Source of the DNA: a bacterium
GTDB taxonomy: Bacteria; Hinthialibacterota; Hinthialibacteria; Hinthialibacterales; Hinthialibacteraceae
Reading direction: 5' to 3'
Assembly (NCBI GenBank): GCA_963662285.2
Contig: CAXXMV010000002.1
Span: forward strand, 608,001 to 672,000
Length of the DNA: 64,000 bases
The notes beneath the pieces are model-generated. The model made no database searches, was not told the DNA's origin, and saw nothing but the letters and a program-made list of their open reading frames with translations. Shown piece by piece: positions 1 through 12,200 of the stretch. A program made the translations under genes and the position numbers. The stretch's first letter is position 1. Every line of letters begins with the position of its first letter.

Positions 1-150
1 CTTACGGAACGATGCAAACTCGATCATCCATTGATCCATGAATGGGAACAATGCGCTCAAAGAGGCGGTTCGCAAAAACTCGATGCGTCCACCGAATACA
101 GTCCGGAATATTCAGAACGCTGGAAACTGTCAATCAACACAATCACATAA
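1..150 (+). CDS. C-terminal part of a type IV toxin-antitoxin AbiEi-family antitoxin (5' end outside window)
   Basis: Frame +1 is open from base 1 to TAA at 148-150 (LTERCKLDHPLIHEWEQCAQRGGSQKLD...YSERWKLSINTIT). It ends 3 bp before an AbiEii-like gene; the QRGGSxKLD/YSERW tail resembles AbiEi C-termini. Confidence 0.65.
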   Translation, partial: LTERCKLDHPLIHEWEQCAQRGGSQKLDASTEYSPEYSERWKLSINTIT

Positions 151-153
151 CAA

Positions 154-1023
154 ATGAAAAAGGCTCTAATCAATATTGAAAAGTGGGTTCAACAAAAAAC
201 CGAAAAGCCGCCCAAGCCATTTCGGGAAGCCGTTCATTCAATTCTTTTTGCAATTACAAATTCGGACTATCTATTGCGCAATATGATCATCAAAGGTGGA
301 ATGCTTCTTGCAATAAGATACCAAAGCACCCGCTTTACCAAGGATATCGATTTTTCAACATCTGAATCCTATACCGAGAAGAAACAGCAGGAATTAATTA
401 AAGAACTTGAACAAAGCCTTACTGATAACGTTGATATTCTTGGCTATGATCTTGATTGCAGAGTTCAATCCTGCAAAATCCAACCAGCCAATCAACCAGA
501 ACCAACATTTCCATCATTGAAAATAAAGATTGGCTATGCCTATATAGGAACAAGAGAGCATAAACGATTAGTCATGAAAAATGCTTCATCCGTCATTGAT
601 ATAGATTTCAATTACAATGAATCCATGCCTCATATTGAAGAAATTCTAATATCTGAAGGCAAAAAAATCTTAGCCTACAGTTTGAATGATCTAATTGCGG
701 AGAAATATCGGGCTATCCTTCAACAAAAAGAGAGAAAACGTACTCGACGACAGGACATCTATGATTTACATTATCTATTTCAAAACCTAGATGATTTTCC
801 CCCGGAAGATAAAACTGAAATACTAGAAACTCTCATACTCAAAGCAAAATCACGAAACCTTTTAATCAATCGAGATTCCATGGATAATGCAGATATCCGT
901 AAAAGATCAAAGCAAGATTACAATACGATCAAATATGAAATAGTCGGTGAACTACCAGATTTTGATGAAGCCTATGATATGATTCAGAATTTTTATCAAT
1001 CATTACCTTGGAAATCAAAATAA
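154..1023 (+). CDS. AbiEii/AbiGii-family nucleotidyltransferase toxin (type IV TA / abortive infection)
   Basis: Motifs IIKGGMLL, RFTKDIDF, AEKYRA and RRQDIYDL are typical of AbiEii nucleotidyltransferases. Confidence 0.85.
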   Translation: MKKALINIEKWVQQKTEKPPKPFREAVHSILFAITNSDYLLRNMIIKGGMLLAIRYQSTRFTKDIDFSTSESYTEKKQQELIKELEQSLTDNVDILGYDLDCRVQSCKIQPANQPEPTFPSLKIKIGYAYIGTREHKRLVMKNASSVIDIDFNYNESMPHIEEILISEGKKILAYSLNDLIAEKYRAILQQKERKRTRRQDIYDLHYLFQNLDDFPPEDKTEILETLILKAKSRNLLINRDSMDNADIRKRSKQDYNTIKYEIVGELPDFDEAYDMIQNFYQSLPWKSK

Positions 1024-1038
1024 TCGTTTCACTTGACC
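1017..1038. repeat. 22-bp direct repeat, copy 1 (AAAATAATCGTTTCACTTGACC)
   Basis: Identical to 1887-1908; overlaps the AbiEii stop codon. Confidence 0.9.
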
Positions 1039-1265
1039 TGACTAATACCTGAAGAAGAATACGCATCTCGAATTAATTAATAAGTACTTGACTTGTCCTC
1101 TGTCTTGTCGCCTTTACTCTTTCTTCAAAACTCTATTCACTCATTTCCAGAATCTGCCGTTGCTCTTACAAAACCTTCGCCGTACCATATAGAAAACTCA
1201 TATTGGAAGCGGAAAAGGATGCAAACAAAATGATTTAGAATCATATTTGTGTGAAGGAAAATAAC

Positions 1266-1829
1266 ATGAATAAACTGATTCAAAGAGCATTCACATTAAT
1301 TGAGTTGCTTATAGTTGTCGCTATTATTGGAATATTAGCAGCGATTGCGGTTCCAAATTTTTTGAACGCACAGCTACGGGCTCGCGTTGCCCGAGTCATG
1401 AACGATCAACAAGCCATCGGGACCGCGTTGGGCATGTATCAGATAGACTATAATGCTTTCCCTCCTTTTTTAAATTGGCCGGATTTCGCATATGTGGGCG
1501 TCAAGGAACTGACAACGCCCACTGCTTATATGGCTGATTACCCGGTTGACCCATTTCAAAGCGCCAAAGAAGGATCGGGTGTTCCGGATACCTTTAAGTA
1601 TATAAAAATGTCGTATTACAACCTTGATATAATGAATCAGACCGGGCAAGCTCGAGGTAATACCAGTTTCGGCGTGAAAGAATATCGCCAGGGGCATAAA
1701 TGGTGCGTACGCAGTTTCGGTCCTAATCGGCTGGCGGATTATGATAGCAGTCTCGATGTATTTCCGACATATGATATGAGCAATGGCTTGATGAGCGTAG
1801 GAGATATTTACCGTTGGGGCCCGGGTTAA
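1266..1829 (+). CDS. Prepilin-type N-terminal cleavage/methylation protein (type IV pilin / GspG-like)
   Basis: MNKLIQRA|FTLIELLIVVAIIGILAAIAVPNF class III signal peptide with Glu at +5; AAGGA RBS before ATG 1266 (ORF track starts at GTG 1251). Confidence 0.85.
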   Translation: MNKLIQRAFTLIELLIVVAIIGILAAIAVPNFLNAQLRARVARVMNDQQAIGTALGMYQIDYNAFPPFLNWPDFAYVGVKELTTPTAYMADYPVDPFQSAKEGSGVPDTFKYIKMSYYNLDIMNQTGQARGNTSFGVKEYRQGHKWCVRSFGPNRLADYDSSLDVFPTYDMSNGLMSVGDIYRWGPG

Positions 1830-1886
1830 TTCATCTACCAGTTGGTTATGGAACGATCCTCACTGTTCCTACAATGCACCTTGACT

Positions 1887-1908
1887 AAAATAATCGTTTC
1901 ACTTGACC
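1887..1908. repeat. 22-bp direct repeat, copy 2
   Basis: Identical to 1017-1038. Confidence 0.9.
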
Positions 1909-1963
1909 ATCCTAAAACCTATACGAGAATATACAAATCGAATAGGAACAGTGAGGCCATATC

Positions 1964-2770
1964 ATGAAAGTTACAATTACCATAGCAATAGTTTTTTCTC
2001 TTGTTGGATTCGCCTTTGCTATAAATGCAACTGCCGCCGACTGGCAATTAGTCTGGTCGGACGAGTTCGATAAACCAGGTTTACCTGATGCCAAGAAGTG
2101 GGGTTATGAAGTTGGTTTTATTCGCAACAACGAAAAGCAGTATTACACTAAAGAACGAGCTGAAAACGCCCGCGTTGAAAATGGCTCATTGGTTATCGAA
2201 TCACGTAAAGAGCAATATAAAAACGCTGATTATACGTCCGCCAGTCTAAATACCGCAAAAACAGCGACATGGACTTATGGCAAAATCGAAGTGCGCGCCA
2301 AGTTGCCAACAGGAAAAGGCATGTGGCCCGCCATCTGGATGCTGGGCGTCAATATGCCTGAAGTAGGATGGCCCAAATGCGGCGAAATCGACATTATGGA
2401 AAACGTCGGTTACGATCCAGACGTAATACATGCCAATATCCATACCGAGAAATACAACCACGTCAAAAAAACCGGCAAAGGTTCCAAGACCACCATCAAA
2501 AAACCATCCCAGGATTTCCACATCTATAAAGTCGAATGGTTCCCTGATCGTTTGGATTTCTTTGTAGATGATCAAAAATATTTCACCTACGAAAATGACG
2601 GAGAAGGAAACCCCAGTTGGCCGTTCGATAAAGATCATTACTTGATCCTAAATGCTGCAATTGGAGGAAGTTGGGGAGGTCAAAAAGGAATTGACGACTC
2701 GATTTTTCCACAAAAATATTACTTTGACTATGTTCGGATTTATCAACAAACGACCAAAGTCAAAAACTGA
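1964..2770 (+). CDS. Secreted glycoside hydrolase family 16 (laminarinase/beta-glucanase-like)
   Basis: Signal peptide, WSDEFD, WPAIWML and catalytic GEIDIME motif. Confidence 0.92.
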   Translation: MKVTITIAIVFSLVGFAFAINATAADWQLVWSDEFDKPGLPDAKKWGYEVGFIRNNEKQYYTKERAENARVENGSLVIESRKEQYKNADYTSASLNTAKTATWTYGKIEVRAKLPTGKGMWPAIWMLGVNMPEVGWPKCGEIDIMENVGYDPDVIHANIHTEKYNHVKKTGKGSKTTIKKPSQDFHIYKVEWFPDRLDFFVDDQKYFTYENDGEGNPSWPFDKDHYLILNAAIGGSWGGQKGIDDSIFPQKYYFDYVRIYQQTTKVKN

Positions 2771-3200
2771 ACCAAATAAAAAAACAAAAAAGGAATCATA
2801 AAAATCCCGGAAATTTAGTTATTTAGTTTTACCAACCGGGATTTCAGTCAAATTGGGATAGTTGGGATTAAAAAATCTGTAATTAGCGCTTTTTTAAATA
2901 AAAAAAGTAAATCACCAACTATAATTCTAAAAGATATGATAATAATATAAATTTTATATGCAGCCATGATAAAACAAACGAAATTTAATGTTTTTTATCA
3001 TTTTAATTATAATTCAAACTCTGGAATATCTTCTTTTGGAGTAATTCCTTCCATTGATAGGCTGTTTAGTTAGCGTGTTTTGCTTACATGATTGCATGAG
3101 AACAGTTGACATGTGAGAAAGCTGCTTTAATATTTCTGAAATAGGATTTGATAACTTAAATGTGCGCTTGATTTCGCTTAGGTTTTGAAAGGGTCAACGG

Positions 3201-3440
3201 ATGTCTCGGCAACCGACAGAGTCTTCAAAATATAAGTGGATGCGCGTTGCCGGACAATGTTCTTTTATCCCGACATATCTTGCTTTATTCCCCATAGCGT
3301 TTTATTACGTGGGGAAATGGCTGGACGGCAAGATCGGGACAACGTGGCTAAGCGTCGCATTTTTGTTTCTAGGACTTGTATCCGCGTTCCGGCAGACCTA
3401 TTTCATTATCAAGCGGTTGCTGGAGACGCTGGAGGAATAA
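3201..3440 (+). CDS. AtpZ/AtpI-family ATP synthase accessory membrane protein
   Basis: Two TM helices with a GxWLD motif; first gene of the atp operon. Confidence 0.75.
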   Translation: MSRQPTESSKYKWMRVAGQCSFIPTYLALFPIAFYYVGKWLDGKIGTTWLSVAFLFLGLVSAFRQTYFIIKRLLETLEE

Positions 3441-3441
3441 A

Positions 3442-3816
3442 TTGGATTCAGAAGGACTGGCGCGGGTGTTGCGCCGATCGTATTGGGTTACGATTTTATG
3501 CGCCTTGGTTATCTGGATCTTCTGGGATGGAAGTCACGCGTTGGGAATAGCGTTTGGCGGACTTTGGTCGACAACCAACATTTGGGCGATAAAGGGATTA
3601 TTTGAGAATATCTGTAATTCCGGAAGCATATTTAACATTGCTTTATTCGCTCAGTTGAAAATGCCTGTTTTGTATGGCATTGGCGCATTGGTTTTATTTA
3701 CCGTCCCGTTATCAATTGGAGCAGGAATTTTCGGGTTTCATATCCCGTTCGTATTAATAGTGGCCGAAGCTGTTGTTCATGGAAGTGATGAAGCGCCAAG
3801 CGCAAAAGTCTCCTGA
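3442..3816 (+). CDS. atpI: ATP synthase protein I
   Basis: Hydrophobic protein with about four TM segments preceding atpB; GGAGG RBS then TTG at 3442, in frame with the ORF called from 3376. Confidence 0.7.
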   Translation: MDSEGLARVLRRSYWVTILCALVIWIFWDGSHALGIAFGGLWSTTNIWAIKGLFENICNSGSIFNIALFAQLKMPVLYGIGALVLFTVPLSIGAGIFGFHIPFVLIVAEAVVHGSDEAPSAKVS

Positions 3817-3851
3817 TAGGATGCTGATTAGTGCTTGAGGGTACCGCTAGC

Positions 3852-4742
3852 ATGTCCATACTGTATTCCGTCATACCAAACGTCGTCTTGCAAGCTGGCG
3901 AGCATCTAGCCTCCCAGGCAGCTTCGCATGCTGCGGATCAAACTGCAACGGCTCAGGCCGCATCCGCACATCCTCCCGAATTGCCCAATTTCGTGCATTT
4001 ACTGCATGAATTCTTCCCTGATAGTTCATTGTTTTATAACTTATGGCAAATTCAGGACTTAGTTTTTATTGTGATTATTATCGCTGTGATTGCAGCGTTC
4101 TTTAGTGCGGCGACCCGCAAAATGTCAATAATTCCCCGTCGTTTACAGTGCATGGTGGAGATGATCGTTGAAGGTTTGCTTGGCGTTGTTTGCGGCATCC
4201 TTGGCGAAAAAAATGGCCGCCGTTATTTCCCCTTCCTGGGTTCCCTGTTTATCTTCATTATCTGCATGAATTGGTTTGGCTTAATTCCATTCATGAAATC
4301 GCCGTCATCCAACATTCTGGTTACGGCGTCGCTAGCCATCTGCGTTTTTATCTTTGTGCAATTTACCGCCATAAAGCGTCTGGGTATTAAAGGCTTCTTC
4401 TTTCATTTGATGGGAGAACCCAGAGATGCGGTTGGCTGGGCGATGGTTCCTCTCTTTTTACCCTTGCATATTCTGGAAGAATTTATCAAACCGCTTAGTC
4501 TGGCCTGTCGACTATATGGTAATGTGTACGGCGAAGATGTGTTGCTGGGTGTTGGTCTGGTATTGGGCATCGGTATGGTTGCTGTTGTTTGGCCTGGAAC
4601 ATTTATTGGAGTTCCGCTTCATTTACCATTCGTTTTACTGGCTATATTATTAAGCGCCATTCAGGCTCTGGTCTTTACCCTGCTGGCCTCAGTTTATCTT
4701 TCGATGGTTATGCCGCATGAAGATCATGATGACGAGCATTAA
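3852..4742 (+). CDS. atpB: F0 subunit a
   Basis: [13 protein letters not shown] (essential Arg) and IQALVFTLL; operon position. Confidence 0.95.
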   Translation: MSILYSVIPNVVLQAGEHLASQAASHAADQTATAQAASAHPPELPNFVHLLHEFFPDSSLFYNLWQIQDLVFIVIIIAVIAAFFSAATRKMSIIPRRLQCMVEMIVEGLLGVVCGILGEKNGRRYFPFLGSLFIFIICMNWFGLIPFMKSPSSNILVTASLAICVFIFVQFTAIKRLGIKGFFFHLMGEPRDAVGWAMVPLFLPLHILEEFIKPLSLACRLYGNVYGEDVLLGVGLVLGIGMVAVVWPGTFIGVPLHLPFVLLAILLSAIQALVFTLLASVYLSMVMPHEDHDDEH

Positions 4743-4825
4743 TAGAAAAAGTATGTAATCCTGGCATAGGCCGGGTGCAGAAATATATCGAATTCGTTCG
4801 TGCCGAAGGATTTAAGGAGGATATG

Positions 4826-5059
4826 ATGGAAGAACAACTCGCAACCTTTTTGACGTCCCAGGGAGCATATCATATTGGCATCGGTCTGGCCGCTATCGGG
4901 TCAGGTCTTGGTTTGGGCATGGCCGTTAGTAAGGCGATGGAAGCTATGGGACGCCAGCCGGAAGCTGCAGGACGCATTCAGACTGGTATGATTATCGGCG
5001 CGGCGTTTATCGAAGCGTTGACAATTTACGCTCTGATTTCTAGTTTTATCCGTATGTAA
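4826..5059 (+). CDS. atpE: F0 subunit c (proton-type signature)
   Basis: GxGxGxG motif, RQPE loop, FIEAL carboxylate; AAGGAGG RBS at 4814-4820. Confidence 0.95.
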   Translation: MEEQLATFLTSQGAYHIGIGLAAIGSGLGLGMAVSKAMEAMGRQPEAAGRIQTGMIIGAAFIEALTIYALISSFIRM

Positions 5060-5108
5060 CCTGTAACTTTTCGGCGTCCAGTTACGGACGACGTAGGGAG
5101 TATTGCGC

Positions 5109-5666
5109 ATGAGTTTGTATCATTTATCTATAATCAGCGCTCAGGTTATCGCCGCAGCAGAAGGGACTCATGAAGCCAGCGCCGGTCCGTCTATTCCGGC
5201 GATGATGATCACGGTGATTGTGGGTTTCCTGGTGGTCTATTGGATCTTGAAGACCTACGCTTTTGGTCCTGTCTTAGACATGATTGATCAGCGCGCCGAC
5301 AAGATCGAATCTGAACTGAAGCGGGCGGATGACGCCCGTCTTCAGGCGGAAGCGGATCGCTCCGAAGCTGAAAATCGTCTTCGAAATATCGAAGACGAAG
5401 CTCGGGTCAAAATGCAGGCGATGATGACTGAAGCTAAGCAGCTGGCCGATTCGATTCACCAAAAAGCGCAGAAGGATTCGGCGGATTTGCTGGATAAAGC
5501 GCGGCAAAACATAGAGTTTGAAACAGAGAAAGCCCGCGAGACAATCAAGTCTGATGTTGTTAATCTGACTATAAGCGCTGCTGAGCATCTGATTAAAGAG
5601 AATTTGGATGATCCGAAGCAACGCGAACTGATTGGTGATTTTTTGACTCGAATTGAAAGGAACTGA
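5109..5666 (+). CDS. atpF: F0 subunit b
   Basis: Single TM followed by a long charged coiled coil; operon order. Confidence 0.92.
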   Translation: MSLYHLSIISAQVIAAAEGTHEASAGPSIPAMMITVIVGFLVVYWILKTYAFGPVLDMIDQRADKIESELKRADDARLQAEADRSEAENRLRNIEDEARVKMQAMMTEAKQLADSIHQKAQKDSADLLDKARQNIEFETEKARETIKSDVVNLTISAAEHLIKENLDDPKQRELIGDFLTRIERN

Positions 5667-5668
5667 CG

Positions 5669-6226
5669 GTGCCAAAAGATCCACTTGTCGCTTCCAATTA
5701 TGCAAAAGCTCTCTTGCATGTCGTGAAGAAAAGCGAAACCAAACTTCGCGATGCGCTGGATGAGGCTCTGCATTTCAAGAGTCTCGTAAAAAACGAGCCT
5801 AAACTCCGCATCTTTCTCGAAGGGCCTCAATTTCGTGAGGAAGATAAAGAACGCTTGGTAACCAACGTTTTTAAATCTGAATTGTCGGAGATTTTCTTCC
5901 AGTTTCTGATTATTCTCTTGCGGCGCGACCGCATCGAACATCTTTTCGATATTCTTGAGGTGTTCGAAGAGTTAGTGGAACAGGATGAAGGTATAACGCC
6001 TGGCACGGTGTTTACTGCAATTGGTTTATCTGATGAAGAGCGGCTGGCGGTGAAAGAGAAACTGGAAGCCAAGTGCGGGTTGAAATTCGATTTACGTTTC
6101 AAAATCGATCCCAGCCTGATTGGCGGAGTTAAAGTGCAATACAGAGATGTTCTGATCGATTCCTCGATTCAGACTCATCTCGGTGATTTACGGCATCGCT
6201 TAATGCAAACGCGGCTTGCATCCTAA
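5669..6226 (+). CDS. atpH: F1 subunit delta
   Basis: NYAKAL and DPSLIGG...IDSS motifs. Confidence 0.93.
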   Translation: MPKDPLVASNYAKALLHVVKKSETKLRDALDEALHFKSLVKNEPKLRIFLEGPQFREEDKERLVTNVFKSELSEIFFQFLIILLRRDRIEHLFDILEVFEELVEQDEGITPGTVFTAIGLSDEERLAVKEKLEAKCGLKFDLRFKIDPSLIGGVKVQYRDVLIDSSIQTHLGDLRHRLMQTRLAS

Positions 6227-6269
6227 TGCGCAAGTCTGGCCACTGCCCGCAGGAAGAGAGATAAGGAAG

Positions 6270-7799
6270 ATGGCTTTACGACCTGAAGAAATCACATCCG
6301 TTCTCGAAAAAGAACTTTCTTCTTTTGAGACCGATTTGAAGATGGATTCCGTAGGAACCATTCTCCGCGTCGGAGACGGAATTGCGACAATATATGGTCT
6401 CGAAGAGGCTATGGCTGGTGAACTTCTAGAGTTTTCAGATGGTTTGAAGGGGATGGTGCTCAACCTGGAAGAGAGTTGCGTTGGCGCCGCCTTGTTTGGA
6501 TCTGACCGTTATATTAAAGAAGGCGATCTGGTTAAACGAACTGGTAAAATCGCATCTGTTCCTGTTGGCGAAGCGATGGTAGGTCGCGTTGTTAATCCCC
6601 TTGGCGAGCCGATTGATGGAAAAGGACCGATTGTAACCAAGGAATTTCGTAATCTGGAACACAAGGCGCCTGGCGTCGTACGCCGTCAACCAGTTAAAGA
6701 ACCTTTAATGACAGGTTTGAAGGCTATTGACTCGATGATCCCCATTGGACGGGGACAGCGCGAACTCATCATCGGCGACCGTGGCACAGGTAAATCGGCG
6801 ATAGCGATTGACGCTATTATCAACCAACGTGAGACGGATGTTTATTGCATCTATGTCGCCGTTGGACAGAAGGCGTCAAGCGTCTCCGCTGTGGTGGATG
6901 TTCTGGAAAAGAACGGCGCCATGGATTATACAACTGTCATTTCGGCGACGGCTGAACAAGCTGCTACCTTACAGTATATCGCTCCATACGCCGGGGCGGC
7001 GATGGGCGAATATTTCCTCTTCAGCGGAAAGCATGTATTGGTCGTTTACGATGATCTTTCCAAACACGCAACAGCGTATCGTCAACTTTCATTGCTGTTG
7101 CGCCGTCCACCCGGACGCGAGGCTTATCCGGGCGATGTATTCTACCTGCATAGCCGTTTGCTGGAACGCGCAGCCAAAATGCATGATAACGAAGGCGGCG
7201 GATCCTTTACCGCGTTGCCCATTATCGAAACTCAGGCGGGCGACGTTTCGGCTTATATTCCAACCAATGTTATTTCCATTACTGATGGTCAGATATATCT
7301 GGAACCTGACTTGTTCTATGCGGGCGTCAAACCGGCGGTTAACGTTGGTCTCTCGGTATCCCGCGTAGGCGGCAATGCTCAGACTAAAGCGATGAAATCT
7401 GTAGCGGGTCGGCTTCGTCTTGATCTGGCTCAGTTTCGCGAGTTGGCGGCCTTCGCTCAGTTTGGTTCAGATTTGGATAAAGCGACCCAGGCTCAGTTGA
7501 TCCGCGGCGAGCGTATGGCCGAAATTCTCAAGCAGCATCAGTACGCGCCGCTTACCCTGGAACAGCAGGTTTTGATTGTTTTTGCCGGTGGTCAGGGTTA
7601 TCTGGATAGCCTCTCTTTAGATGAGTTGAAAAGTTTTGAAGAAGAACTCTCTACCTATATGGAAGAGAACTATGATCATGCTCTTCAGGCTATTAAACAA
7701 TCTAAAATAATCAGCGAAGACACCGAAAAGATGCTTAACGAGGGGATTAAGAAATTCAAAGATATGTTTGTTGTTCGCCAACAGAATCTCTCTGAATAG
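6270..7799 (+). CDS. atpA: F1 subunit alpha
   Basis: [17 protein letters not shown] and [24 protein letters not shown]. Confidence 0.98.
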   Translation: MALRPEEITSVLEKELSSFETDLKMDSVGTILRVGDGIATIYGLEEAMAGELLEFSDGLKGMVLNLEESCVGAALFGSDRYIKEGDLVKRTGKIASVPVGEAMVGRVVNPLGEPIDGKGPIVTKEFRNLEHKAPGVVRRQPVKEPLMTGLKAIDSMIPIGRGQRELIIGDRGTGKSAIAIDAIINQRETDVYCIYVAVGQKASSVSAVVDVLEKNGAMDYTTVISATAEQAATLQYIAPYAGAAMGEYFLFSGKHVLVVYDDLSKHATAYRQLSLLLRRPPGREAYPGDVFYLHSRLLERAAKMHDNEGGGSFTALPIIETQAGDVSAYIPTNVISITDGQIYLEPDLFYAGVKPAVNVGLSVSRVGGNAQTKAMKSVAGRLRLDLAQFRELAAFAQFGSDLDKATQAQLIRGERMAEILKQHQYAPLTLEQQVLIVFAGGQGYLDSLSLDELKSFEEELSTYMEENYDHALQAIKQSKIISEDTEKMLNEGIKKFKDMFVVRQQNLSE

Positions 7800-7823
7800 A
7801 AGTAGAGATAATAGGTAGATACG

Positions 7824-8702
7824 ATGCCGTCACAGAAACATCTGCGCCGTCGACTAAAAACGGTCAATAACACGAAATTGATAACCCGCGCTATGCGGTC
7901 GGTTTCCGCTTCGAAAATGCGGAAGACTCAAGATCGGCGTGATCGTATAAAACCTTACGCAAATCGTTTGCAGCAGATAGTTGCGAATGTGGTTCGGAGC
8001 GTAGGCAGCGAAGGTCAACCGCTAATGCAGATGAAAGACACTGGCAAGCGGCTGGTTGTTGTATTCTCTTCTGATCGCGGTTTGTGCGGCGCGTTTAATA
8101 ATACTATTATCCGTTATGCGGAAAATTATCTTAAATCGTTGACGGATGATTATGAACTTTATACCATCGGCAAGCGGGCGGGAGATTATTTTAATAAGCA
8201 TGGTTATCCCATTTACCGCAGACAAGCCGATTTTCGCGGCAACATTGTTCTTGAAAGAATGATGGAAATTGCGGAAGATTTGAAAAACGCTTTTCTCGAC
8301 GGTAGTTTTAATCAAGTCGAGATTATTTATAATTACGCGGTTACGGCCATGATTTATCGTCCTAAACGCGATTATTTTCTTCCTTTGAAAGAAGACGAGT
8401 TGTACGCCGGTTTGGAAGCGGAAAGCGAGTCTGATGAAGCGCTTGACTATATCTTTGAACCGGATGCGCTAAGTCTGTTGACGGATTTGCTGCCCAAGTT
8501 TGTTGAAACCAAGGTTTACTATACTTTCGTCGATGCTTTCGCAGCTGAACATCAAGCTCGAATGCTGGCGATGGCGGCGGCTAACGACAACTGTATTGAA
8601 TTGATCGACTCCCTTACCCTGAGCATGAACAAAGCGCGGCAATCCGATATTACCAAAGAAATTTTGGAGATCGTCAGCGGCGCCGAAGCATTAAAAGGTT
8701 AA
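7824..8702 (+). CDS. atpG: F1 subunit gamma
   Basis: ITRAMRSVSASK, SDRGLCGAFN and NKARQSDITKEILEIVSGAEAL. Confidence 0.97.
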   Translation: MPSQKHLRRRLKTVNNTKLITRAMRSVSASKMRKTQDRRDRIKPYANRLQQIVANVVRSVGSEGQPLMQMKDTGKRLVVVFSSDRGLCGAFNNTIIRYAENYLKSLTDDYELYTIGKRAGDYFNKHGYPIYRRQADFRGNIVLERMMEIAEDLKNAFLDGSFNQVEIIYNYAVTAMIYRPKRDYFLPLKEDELYAGLEAESESDEALDYIFEPDALSLLTDLLPKFVETKVYYTFVDAFAAEHQARMLAMAAANDNCIELIDSLTLSMNKARQSDITKEILEIVSGAEALKG

Positions 8703-8749
8703 GTGGAATATAAAGAATCTTTAGACTTCTTTGGATAAAGACAAAATAG

Positions 8750-10180
<1,431 letters not shown>

Positions 10181-10236
10181 GCGTTAGGTTTTTTGTTTTA
10201 TAACTAAGTAATAGATTATATGTAGGAATAATAATT

Positions 10237-10509
10237 ATGGCCGCAACCTATCAGCTTCAGATTGTCAGTCATGAAGAAATGACATATAAGGGCGAAGTCG
10301 AATCGCTTGTGGCGCCAGCTGCATTGGGGTATTTAGGTATCCTGGCGCATCATGCTCCGCTTCTTACCTCTTTGACAGAGGGTCTGTTGACAATCCGCGA
10401 AGCGCAAGGTGATAATAAAATATATAAAGTTAAAGGAGGTATTCTCGAAGTCTCCGCTAAAGAAGTGGTTATTTTGGCTGATGAAATCGAGGATGCTACT
10501 CCATCCTGA
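10237..10509 (+). CDS. atpC: F1 subunit epsilon (short; beta-sandwich domain only)
   Basis: GYLGILAHHAPL and GGILEV...ILADE; only 90 aa. Confidence 0.92.
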   Translation: MAATYQLQIVSHEEMTYKGEVESLVAPAALGYLGILAHHAPLLTSLTEGLLTIREAQGDNKIYKVKGGILEVSAKEVVILADEIEDATPS

Positions 10510-10578
10510 TTACAGAATGTGATTTTCATCCATGTATAGTCTTCATAAAGAAATTCCTGACTTGGGAACATGAATAGT

Positions 10579-10611
10579 ATAAAGCGGCCTCTTTGGCCGC
10601 TTTATTTATTT
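10579..10611 (+). terminator. Intrinsic terminator of the atp operon
   Basis: ATAAAGCGGCC-tcttt-GGCCGCTTTAT hairpin followed by a T-rich run. Confidence 0.8.
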
Positions 10612-10881
10612 GCGCGGATGGCGGGATTTATATTTCACCTGACATCCGCACGTATGTGATATTCAACAAAATTTTTCTTTAAAACTGGTTTGCGAATTTT
10701 GTTTAATTAGTGCATACTAATAATCATCCAGTTAAAGAAGAAAATCATTCCAAGAGCAATTGTGGAATGGGTTGTATATTAGTGTTAAACTTAAGTCCTG
10801 ACATGGACGAAAATTGAAATTATTTAGCGCTGTATATCAAAACCTGTTTTAGCAATGGCTAAGTAGTGAAGGGAGGACTAT

Positions 10882-12123
10882 ATGTACGAGAAAGTCACTG
10901 TTCCATCCGATGGACAAACGATCAGCATCCAAGACGGCAACCTCCTTGTCCCGGAGAATCCAATTATTCCTTTTGTAGAAGGTGATGGCATCGGAACCGA
11001 TATCACGCCGGCTATGAAATGCGTGATTGATGCAGCTGTGGAAAAAGCTTACGGTGGTTCTAAAAGGATTGCATGGATGGAGGTTTATGCGGGAGAGAAA
11101 GCCAACCAGGTTTATGGCGATTATCTTCCAAAAGAGACGCTTGACGCATTCACCGAATTTCATGTCGCTATTAAAGGACCCTTAACAACCCCGATTGGCG
11201 GAGGCTTTCGGTCTTTGAATGTTTCCATACGTCAATTACTCGATCTTTACGCCTGTGTTCGGCCTGTTCGTTACTTCGAAGGCGTCCCCAGCCCGGTTAA
11301 ACATCCGGAGAAATTGAATTTAGTCATTTTCCGTGAGAATACTGAAGATGTCTATGCCGGTATTGAGTGGCAGAAAGGCTCTCCGGAAGTTAAAAAAGTT
11401 CTTAAATTTCTCAAAGATGAAATGGGTAAGAATATACGGGAAGATTCGGGCATTGGCATCAAGCCAATGAGCGAATTTGGTTGCAAGCGCCTGATACGAG
11501 CGGCCATTCGTTACGCGATAAAGCGAAATCATTCATCTGTCTCCATGGTTCATAAGGGAAATATTATGAAATTCACCGAAGGCGCCTTTCGCGATTGGGG
11601 TTACGAATTGGCTAAAGATGAATTCATTGATAAATGCATTTCAGAAAATAGCCTGTGGGAAATGTATGATGGTAAATTGCCTGAAGGTAAATTATTAATT
11701 AAGGATAGAATTGCCGATTCCATGTTCCAGCAGGTGCTTTTACGTCCTGATGAATATGATGTATGCGCCATGCCCAACTTGAACGGCGATTATCTTTCTG
11801 ATGCATGCGCCGCCCAGGTAGGCGGACTTGGTATGGCGCCTGGGGCGAATATCGGTGATGAAGTGGCTGTTTTTGAAGCTACTCATGGCACAGCGCCCAA
11901 ATATGCTGGAATGGACAAAGTGAATCCTGGCTCTCTTATGTTGTCCGGGGTTATGATGCTGGAACATCTTGGATGGGATGAGGCTGCCAAACTGGTGGTT
12001 AAAGGCATTGAAGATACTATCAAGCAAAAGCGGGTAACCTATGATCTGGAACGTCAGATGGAGGGCGCAACGCTTTTGAAATGTTCTGAATATGGTAATG
12101 CAATTGTGGAAAATATGGATTGA
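10882..12123 (+). CDS. icd: Isocitrate dehydrogenase, NADP-dependent (E. coli Icd type)
   Basis: [30 protein letters not shown] and [12 protein letters not shown]. Confidence 0.96.
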   Translation: MYEKVTVPSDGQTISIQDGNLLVPENPIIPFVEGDGIGTDITPAMKCVIDAAVEKAYGGSKRIAWMEVYAGEKANQVYGDYLPKETLDAFTEFHVAIKGPLTTPIGGGFRSLNVSIRQLLDLYACVRPVRYFEGVPSPVKHPEKLNLVIFRENTEDVYAGIEWQKGSPEVKKVLKFLKDEMGKNIREDSGIGIKPMSEFGCKRLIRAAIRYAIKRNHSSVSMVHKGNIMKFTEGAFRDWGYELAKDEFIDKCISENSLWEMYDGKLPEGKLLIKDRIADSMFQQVLLRPDEYDVCAMPNLNGDYLSDACAAQVGGLGMAPGANIGDEVAVFEATHGTAPKYAGMDKVNPGSLMLSGVMMLEHLGWDEAAKLVVKGIEDTIKQKRVTYDLERQMEGATLLKCSEYGNAIVENMD

Positions 12124-12200
12124 TCTTTGTTTGTTTTTTGTAAGTGTGTTTGGATAAATATTTTCAGTATGAGTCAAATTCCAAAAAAAGGGAGACGATC

